DNA of 64,000 nt, taken from NCBI GenBank assembly GCA_000004985.1, contig GG738856.1; one strand, 5' to 3'. Positions 57,983-64,000 of the stretch are shown one piece after another (the stretch's first letter is position 1; every line of letters begins with the position of its first letter). The position numbers were made by a program, and so were the translations under genes. The notes below the pieces were generated by a model. The model was given only the letters and a program-made list of their open reading frames with translations, did not search any database and was not told the DNA's origin. The DNA comes from Naegleria gruberi (Eukaryota).

Positions 57983-58816
57983 TTATTTGTTAAACAATGT
58001 TTTTAGAGAATAGAGAACCAAGCCAGTCAACCCAATTTTCACAATTGTTTTCAATACTTTCCAAATAATAAACAAAGTTGGAGAAAGAGTTTCCTTCAAC
58101 ATTTCATCAATATCCAACTTGGTTGGGATTTCTCTTTTAGAATTGAGATTAAAACTTCTATTTCCTTGAAGTTTTTCATCGAATAGAGATCGCAATAGGA
58201 AAGAGGCAACATCCTGACGAGTAACTTTGGATGTGCCTTTCGGATAATTATTATCCTCTCCAAATTCGAAATCTAGAGTTATTGGTGAGTCCACCAATTG
58301 AGGAGGTCTTACAATGGCATAAGTAATTTTGGAATCTTTGGTCAATTGGCACAAAGCTCTTTCAGAATTTGCCAAATCTTGATAAACATTGTGGATAATA
58401 TACTTTTTAAGGATATTATCAAAAAACCATGATTGTTTCACATCGAGAATGCCAGCCGACGTAATAATTGCAATTCTCATTGGCTTATCCTGTTTTAACA
58501 TTGCTTTAACTGTATTTGAAACTCCAGTTTCTACTAACGTTGTCTTTCCAATAGTTTTTGATCCGAGTGAACTAATCACATGAGTAACTGATGAACTAAT
58601 CAACTCTTCCACATCTTCCAAACGAGTAGCATCTCCCTTCACAATTGTCATCAATTCTCCAAAATCCTTCTTCAAATACGAAAGCATACTAGGATTCCTG
58701 GCCAACACTCTCACTTTCATTCTATTCGAAAGGAGTAGTAAGAGACATTGCTTGCCAACTCCTTGAGTAGCTCCAAGAAGTGCAATTTCACCAACAGTTG
58801 AATTAAATTGAGACAT
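57983..58816 (-). CDS. NAD(P)-binding Rossmann-fold protein (NmrA/atypical-SDR/BLVRB-like) with hydrophobic C-terminus
   Basis: N-terminal IALLGATQGVGKQ dinucleotide-binding motif. 277 aa. C-terminal hydrophobic stretch LFIIWKVLKTIVKIGLTGLVLY. Confidence 0.5.
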   Translation of the reverse strand: MSQFNSTVGEIALLGATQGVGKQCLLLLLSNRMKVRVLARNPSMLSYLKKDFGELMTIVKGDATRLEDVEELISSSVTHVISSLGSKTIGKTTLVETGVSNTVKAMLKQDKPMRIAIITSAGILDVKQSWFFDNILKKYIIHNVYQDLANSERALCQLTKDSKITYAIVRPPQLVDSPITLDFEFGEDNNYPKGTSKVTRQDVASFLLRSLFDEKLQGNRSFNLNSKREIPTKLDIDEMLKETLSPTLFIIWKVLKTIVKIGLTGLVLYSLKTLFNK

Positions 58817-59541
58817 TTTTTAATGTTTAAGTTGGGCTGAGTTGAATAAGATTGATTTTGAATGGAATTGAAATGTGCGATCAGCGGATGTATTAGTAAA
58901 ATATCCATCTCTCAACAAGAAACATTTATTCCGCCACGCCTCTTGAATATGGTTCATCTGGTTGGTTGGACATTTTGATTCTTACGTTTACTTCCAATTA
59001 GAAAAATCTTGTTTAATTTTGAGTTGATGAAGATAGCTTAACAATTTCACTCGGAGTTTGATAAGAGTTTGAAGATTGCTCACAAATAACAACACTTTGT
59101 GTTTCTGTTTCAGTAGTTGATGACATTTCTCAAATTATTAAAAAGCTATCACTGTATTTCAAGTAATCTTAATTTTTTTTGGATAGAAATTGATAATTTC
59201 ATGCTCCTGTATATAAAGCTGTAAATTACAAAAGAAGCGCTGAATTGTGAACTCTCGGAAGTTGGCTACCTTAAAATCTTAATTCCAATTCGGATCAAGT
59301 TCAAAGATCAGAGTCATCACATTGTTGAATACACTCTTCAACTTCAATTTGAATGAATCAAAGTCCTTTGAATTTCCTTCCGTTCTGTCCACCTTATTTT
59401 ACCTTAATGATTTCTCTCTCTGAGTAAAATCCTCCAATTCTGCTGTGTTGTGGTGTTACATAGATCACAACCCAGCAGAATATTAAAACGCTAAGAATTC
59501 ATCAAATTGCCCGAACAGAGAGAATTTCAATAACAAACAAA

Positions 59542-60042
59542 ATGTTGTCATCAACATGCAAATCGTCAAGCACCTTAATCATGTTCGAAATTCTTCTCCT
59601 CATTGTTTTATTACTCAACAGAGAAAGAGTAAATGCACAGACGTGTAAAGTTGGCACCTTCCTTAATCCAACTCCTTGTACCAATTGTTCTGTTTGCTCT
59701 GGAGCTGCATCTTCTTCATGTTGCACACTTGATAATGATGCAGTGGTCAGAGGAGTATTACAATTGATTGATCCTACCAATGAGAGTTGTCTGAATAAGA
59801 TGAAGGAATATCTGTGTGCAATGTGTGATCCGAAGAATCAGAAATTTGTTGTGAATGGAAAATTAAACATGTGCCGTTCGAGATGTTTGGAGAGTAATGA
59901 TTTGTGTGGGGTTTCGGCAACCATGACTTGTTCTTCCAATTCGGATAACAATTGTTGGAGTGCAGCTGTATCGTTGAATGTTGTCAGCTATCGAATGCTA
60001 CTACCCATCTCTTTATTAATCTTCTTAATGTTTGTTCATTAA
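59542..60042 (+). CDS. Secreted/GPI-anchored cysteine-rich small protein
   Basis: Signal peptide (MFEILLLIVLLLN...NAQ). 14+ Cys. C-terminal hydrophobic tail (LLPISLLIFLMFV) typical of a GPI signal. Confidence 0.4.
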   Translation: MLSSTCKSSSTLIMFEILLLIVLLLNRERVNAQTCKVGTFLNPTPCTNCSVCSGAASSSCCTLDNDAVVRGVLQLIDPTNESCLNKMKEYLCAMCDPKNQKFVVNGKLNMCRSRCLESNDLCGVSATMTCSSNSDNNCWSAAVSLNVVSYRMLLPISLLIFLMFVH

Positions 60043-60387
60043 AGATTTAATAAATATTACCAAATAACGAGGAAATTCCATAGACCAACGCACTCACCAA
60101 ACAGAAACAACAACAATCGTTATATTATATAGATTATTGATTTATTGGTGATGATTTCATCTCCGTGCTTGACATCATTATGGAATCAAAACGATGGGGC
60201 AGAAAAATATTGCAATTGAACAAACATCATGCCGGCTGATTCACCAAAAGATTGTCAAGTTTGAGCTAGGACTTTGAATTTAATACAATTTGATTTTATT
60301 CGAAAGTTCACTTTAGTAAATATTGTAAAGTGTTGATTAGTTTGACATGACACCGTAACTGCGCAAGATAATTACTTCTTTACTAAC

Positions 60388-61299
60388 ATGTTCAGCATCA
60401 TAATCAAAAAAATGGCATCAAACAACCGAAACTTTTTCGTCTTGTTTGCTTGTGTGATGAGTTTAGTCTTCCTACAACTCGTTTCGGCCAAGTTAACCAT
60501 CCAACCAGAAAGCAATTCTTGGTGGATTCAACTTCACTCTACCGAACCAGCCAAATACATTAAAGTTTCGTATAAAACTTCTTCAGGCCAAAGAGTTTCG
60601 GTTACTGCAAAACGTCCAAGTTGGGATTCAGCACATAACTATTTCACATGCAGCGCACCAGCAGAAATTCCAAACAATGCACTCACCACCTTTACTCTTA
60701 TCAAAATGAATGGAAAGCGTCAAACCATGTCCATGAAATTCTATAATCGAAACTCTGTTTCTTCTTCTGGAGCTAGCTCTCACTCTGGTGGACACAGCCA
60801 TGGATCCAACCCTTCTAGCAGCGGCAGTGGTCATAAAATTGCCTATGCCACATGGTATGACCAAACAGCTGCTGGAACTCCAGTTTGTGGATTCAAAACT
60901 AAATATTGTGGAGCTCCCTCAGATCAATTCGAAGGTCTTGGCGAAAGAGTTGGACCATGTTCTGGTGGATCTGCCAGTTCCACATGTCAAAATTGTCAAC
61001 GTGGCTACTGTTATGGTCCTAAATGTGTAGCTCCACATTGTAAACATGGTGGTTGTAATAAGAAACTCAAAATTTGGTGTGTGGACACAGCTCAAGGAGC
61101 TTGCAAAACCACCAAACCAATCATCATGACCATTAATAATATTTGTCCGAAAAGACATCCTTGCAATACATGTAAGGGAGGTGAAAATCCGTGTGCCAGA
61201 AAGGATCACTTGGATTTGTGTGAGAGTACCTTCTTTGCCATTGCAAATCATCAACCAAGAGCTAAGGGATTGAAAATTGCCTTTGAATTGGTTCATTAA
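60388..61299 (+). CDS. Secreted protein with C-terminal double-psi beta-barrel (expansin/RlpA/barwin-like) domain and His/Ser/Gly-rich linker
   Basis: Signal peptide. Linker SHSGGHSHGSNPSSSGSGH. DPBB-like GHKIAYATWYD..AAGTPVCGF..YCGAP...; C-terminal ..LCESTFFAIAN...GLKIAFELV. Confidence 0.45.
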   Translation: MFSIIIKKMASNNRNFFVLFACVMSLVFLQLVSAKLTIQPESNSWWIQLHSTEPAKYIKVSYKTSSGQRVSVTAKRPSWDSAHNYFTCSAPAEIPNNALTTFTLIKMNGKRQTMSMKFYNRNSVSSSGASSHSGGHSHGSNPSSSGSGHKIAYATWYDQTAAGTPVCGFKTKYCGAPSDQFEGLGERVGPCSGGSASSTCQNCQRGYCYGPKCVAPHCKHGGCNKKLKIWCVDTAQGACKTTKPIIMTINNICPKRHPCNTCKGGENPCARKDHLDLCESTFFAIANHQPRAKGLKIAFELVH

Positions 61300-61605
61300 A
61301 TATTTTTAATATTTATTAAAACGATGATTTTTTATACTATTGTAAGTCAATACATGTAAAATTTGATAAAAAATATAATTGCAAAAAAGAAAGGAAACTG
61401 GAATTGATTGAAAATGGAATTCGGTTGATTGTAAGATCTTTGGGATTACAATTGACAAGCTGTGTGGGTAGGAAAACTGAAGATGTGAGTGATTGACATT
61501 TAGAGAGATATAACATTTTGTTAAAGAGATAACACCTTTACAATAATAATATGGATAATAAAATTGGAAAGATTATATTAGAATCATAAATAAAATATCA
61601 AAAAA

Positions 61606-62043
61606 ATGACAACACTAACAATCAATACCAATTTCATTTTAGAGGGTTTTAAAAGCTTCCGTAAATCCCTTACTACATCACCTCTCTTTACAAAATCACC
61701 TCCCGCTAAAACTATTCGAAACCTCAATACATCCAATCATTCGAATAATGATAGAGACCACGACGATTACTTCTTTCACGAAGAAGAATTACAAAAGAGA
61801 AGAGAATTACAAGTAAAGAAAATACCGGAAAGAAAAAAGGAAGAATTCGAAAGAAGAGTAAAGAGACGAAAGGTTTCGATTGGTTCCGCCAAGTATAAAC
61901 CAGTTGTAATTGTGGAGGTAAAGAGATCAAACTTGCAAATTATTAGTTCCTTAAACTTGGAAACTCGACAAGATTTTGATGAGAAACCAAAAATGGTGAT
62001 GAGAGAAAGAAGTAGAACTGCCGCACCTTTACTTCACCTTTAG
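61606..62043 (+). CDS. Hypothetical basic K/R/E-rich protein (145 aa)
   Basis: ORF with ATG. Charged low-complexity sequence. No domain. Confidence 0.25.
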   Translation: MTTLTINTNFILEGFKSFRKSLTTSPLFTKSPPAKTIRNLNTSNHSNNDRDHDDYFFHEEELQKRRELQVKKIPERKKEEFERRVKRRKVSIGSAKYKPVVIVEVKRSNLQIISSLNLETRQDFDEKPKMVMRERSRTAAPLLHL

Positions 62044-62188
62044 ACGAAACTTGCAGAAGAAAGGTTTTGGAGCTTATTAAAATGGTTGGCCCATTTACAG
62101 AAAAACAGAATCTTTCTCTAATAAATAGAATAACTTGCGAGAATTAAAATTATTTTTGTAATTTTTGTAATTTAATAAAAAAATTTAA

Positions 62189-63970
62189 TTAAAGATCTGC
62201 ATCTTCAATCAGAGAATTTTCAATAAGAATAAACAATGCCTCCAAATCATCTTGTTTTTGTAAGAGTTCAATACTTGCAGTGTCTAATCTGAAAGATTTA
62301 TCTCTCAATCGAATAAATCTGATGGCCTTAACAAGAATGTCAAAGATGATGTGTTTGTGGGCCTTGTATGTCTTATTCCTCAATCGATCAATCATTGAAT
62401 TAATATCACAGAATAGTGAGAGAATAAAGACTGCATGCATGATGAATTTTCTCGTATCAACGTCATCGTTGGAAGAAATTGTGAGAATATAATCGAAAAG
62501 AGTGGAAACTACATTGTCGTTCACTCGTTCAGATTTGAGCATACCAATGGCCTTAATGGCATGTAAACGAAGAATGACCATTGATCTTCCTTCCTCGATG
62601 ATTCTCAATAAGAGAGATTGAACTACCTTTTCATCGTTATAATTTGCAACGTATCCTAAAGATTCGGCACAGAGAGCTCTGATTACTTCTGGAACTTCAC
62701 GATTTTCCAAACGTTCCATCAAGTGTTGGACAATGTTTTGTGCACCCCTTTCTGATTTTCTACCCAACAAACGAACTGAAACTTCCACCACACCAATGTC
62801 AGTATGTTTCAATAATTGAATAAAAGTATCAATGACTGCTTGATTGTTTGTATGACTAATCTTTTCCAAAGTTGTTGTACATGAGGTAATAACTTCCTCT
62901 GATTCTGAGAGAAGTCGCTTACAAAGAATTTCAATGATTTTCTGATCACCTTTCTTTGCAATTTGAGCAAGAGCAATGGCACTCTGTTCTCTGTTTACAT
63001 CCTTGGATGATCTGTTTGAAAATTGTTCCAAGAGTGCACAAATGACAACTTCATCCTCCTTTGGAGCTGAATATCCAAGTGCACAAATAATTCTGTCAGG
63101 TTGAGATGAGGTCTTTAACATTTGAAGGAGTTTGCTAACAAGGGCAGGATCCTTTCTTTGACTGATAGATCCCAAGGCCATTGCAACTCGGTATGCAATT
63201 GACTTTCTTTCATTTTCCAACATGTTCAATAATCTGTACTGAATAACAGGCAACAAATCAGGAATAACAACTGCAGAGAATGCTTCACTGACAATCATGT
63301 CATCAAAACTGCTTTCTTTCAAACAATCAATGAGTGTATCAATAATTTCCATGTCACCCTTTTCGGCTAATTTACCCAAGCAAATACAAGCTTCATAACA
63401 CTTGTTCGAAACCTTGGTCAATTCAGAAATAACAAGCGGATCACCATATTTTGCAACAGATCCCAATCCAATACAAGCAACCTTTCTAAAGTTGTAATCG
63501 TTCAACATTGGAATCAACATGTTAATAATTGTCGAATCTTCTTTCTCTGCAACCTTTGTAATTGCTTCAATGGCTGCTTCAATAAGAGGAACGTTGGCTT
63601 TGTTGCTTGTACCCTTTGGAGTATTGTTAATAATATTAGTTAGGGCTGAAATAACCGCCTTGTCACCTCTATCAGCCAATTTACCAATACAAATGCAAAG
63701 TCTCTTTCTAATATTGATATCCTTGGTTTCTTCCAATTTCTTAATGAGAATCGAGACGAATTTTTGTTCTCCCTTTGGCATAATAATTGAAAGTGCATGA
63801 ATAGCATATTCGTTGGTTTCTACGTGTTGTAAAAGCCCATCACCAATCTTTTCGAATAATTGATTGTACATGAACGATCTAGTAATTGCCTTATTTCTCA
63901 AATCTTCTGATTTGTGAATGAGTCCTTGCACAATCATTGAGACATTCTCATCAGTCTTTAATTGCTTCAT
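62189..63970 (-). CDS. HEAT-repeat (PBS-lyase/E-Z type) protein
   Basis: About 12 repeats of the ~30-aa pattern ..V(R)..A..ALG.IAkkGD..VI..L...L.D...; ATG at 63970. Confidence 0.5.
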   Translation of the reverse strand: MKQLKTDENVSMIVQGLIHKSEDLRNKAITRSFMYNQLFEKIGDGLLQHVETNEYAIHALSIIMPKGEQKFVSILIKKLEETKDINIRKRLCICIGKLADRGDKAVISALTNIINNTPKGTSNKANVPLIEAAIEAITKVAEKEDSTIINMLIPMLNDYNFRKVACIGLGSVAKYGDPLVISELTKVSNKCYEACICLGKLAEKGDMEIIDTLIDCLKESSFDDMIVSEAFSAVVIPDLLPVIQYRLLNMLENERKSIAYRVAMALGSISQRKDPALVSKLLQMLKTSSQPDRIICALGYSAPKEDEVVICALLEQFSNRSSKDVNREQSAIALAQIAKKGDQKIIEILCKRLLSESEEVITSCTTTLEKISHTNNQAVIDTFIQLLKHTDIGVVEVSVRLLGRKSERGAQNIVQHLMERLENREVPEVIRALCAESLGYVANYNDEKVVQSLLLRIIEEGRSMVILRLHAIKAIGMLKSERVNDNVVSTLFDYILTISSNDDVDTRKFIMHAVFILSLFCDINSMIDRLRNKTYKAHKHIIFDILVKAIRFIRLRDKSFRLDTASIELLQKQDDLEALFILIENSLIEDADL

Positions 63971-64000
63971 AATCTTGGAGTATTCTTGATGCTCAGATTT

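Noticed and set aside
1-64000. Prokaryote-style features (CRISPR arrays, operons, Shine-Dalgarno sites)
   Set aside because: The sequence is clearly eukaryotic nuclear DNA with spliceosomal introns, a histone gene and Pol III tRNA signals. No CRISPR-like repeat-spacer periodicity was seen.

Overview
This is a gene-dense eukaryotic nuclear segment, about 30 protein-coding genes on both strands. Intergenic DNA is very AT-rich, there are poly-Asn/Gln tracts, and introns are very short (about 38-240 nt) with GTAAGT/GTATGT...AG boundaries. It looks like a dictyostelid social amoeba. Codon usage is less AT-biased than D. discoideum, so possibly a different dictyostelid; this is inference only. The provided ORF track uses alternative start codons (TTG/CTG/GTG), so several 'M' starts are not real ATGs. 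I re-derived starts and splice sites by hand where I could. These hand-derived coordinates are less reliable than the ORF-track ends; several manual line readings had to be corrected against the ORF track during this analysis. Confident calls are a Cu-transporting P-type ATPase, a DOCK-family GEF, ornithine aminotransferase, the SUMO E1 subunit UBA2/SAE2, GPN2, a USP deubiquitinase, an ECM29-like HEAT protein, a RhoGAP+PH protein and an AK/UMP-CMP kinase. Calls worth a second look are: (1) an elongator tRNA-Met(CAU) gene split in its D-loop by a 291-bp insertion with a 4-bp duplication and internal tRNA-5'-like repeats; (2) a strongly divergent, intron-containing histone H4 (K20R, altered basic patch); (3) an ACG-like sensor adenylyl cyclase plus a paralogous sensor protein whose cyclase domain is degenerate; (4) a helicase-less eukaryotic-type RdRP; (5) a PPP-family pseudophosphatase; (6) an NHL-repeat/EGF/TM receptor-like protein kinase. 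Several possible frameshifts and a 3' tandem duplication are also noted.
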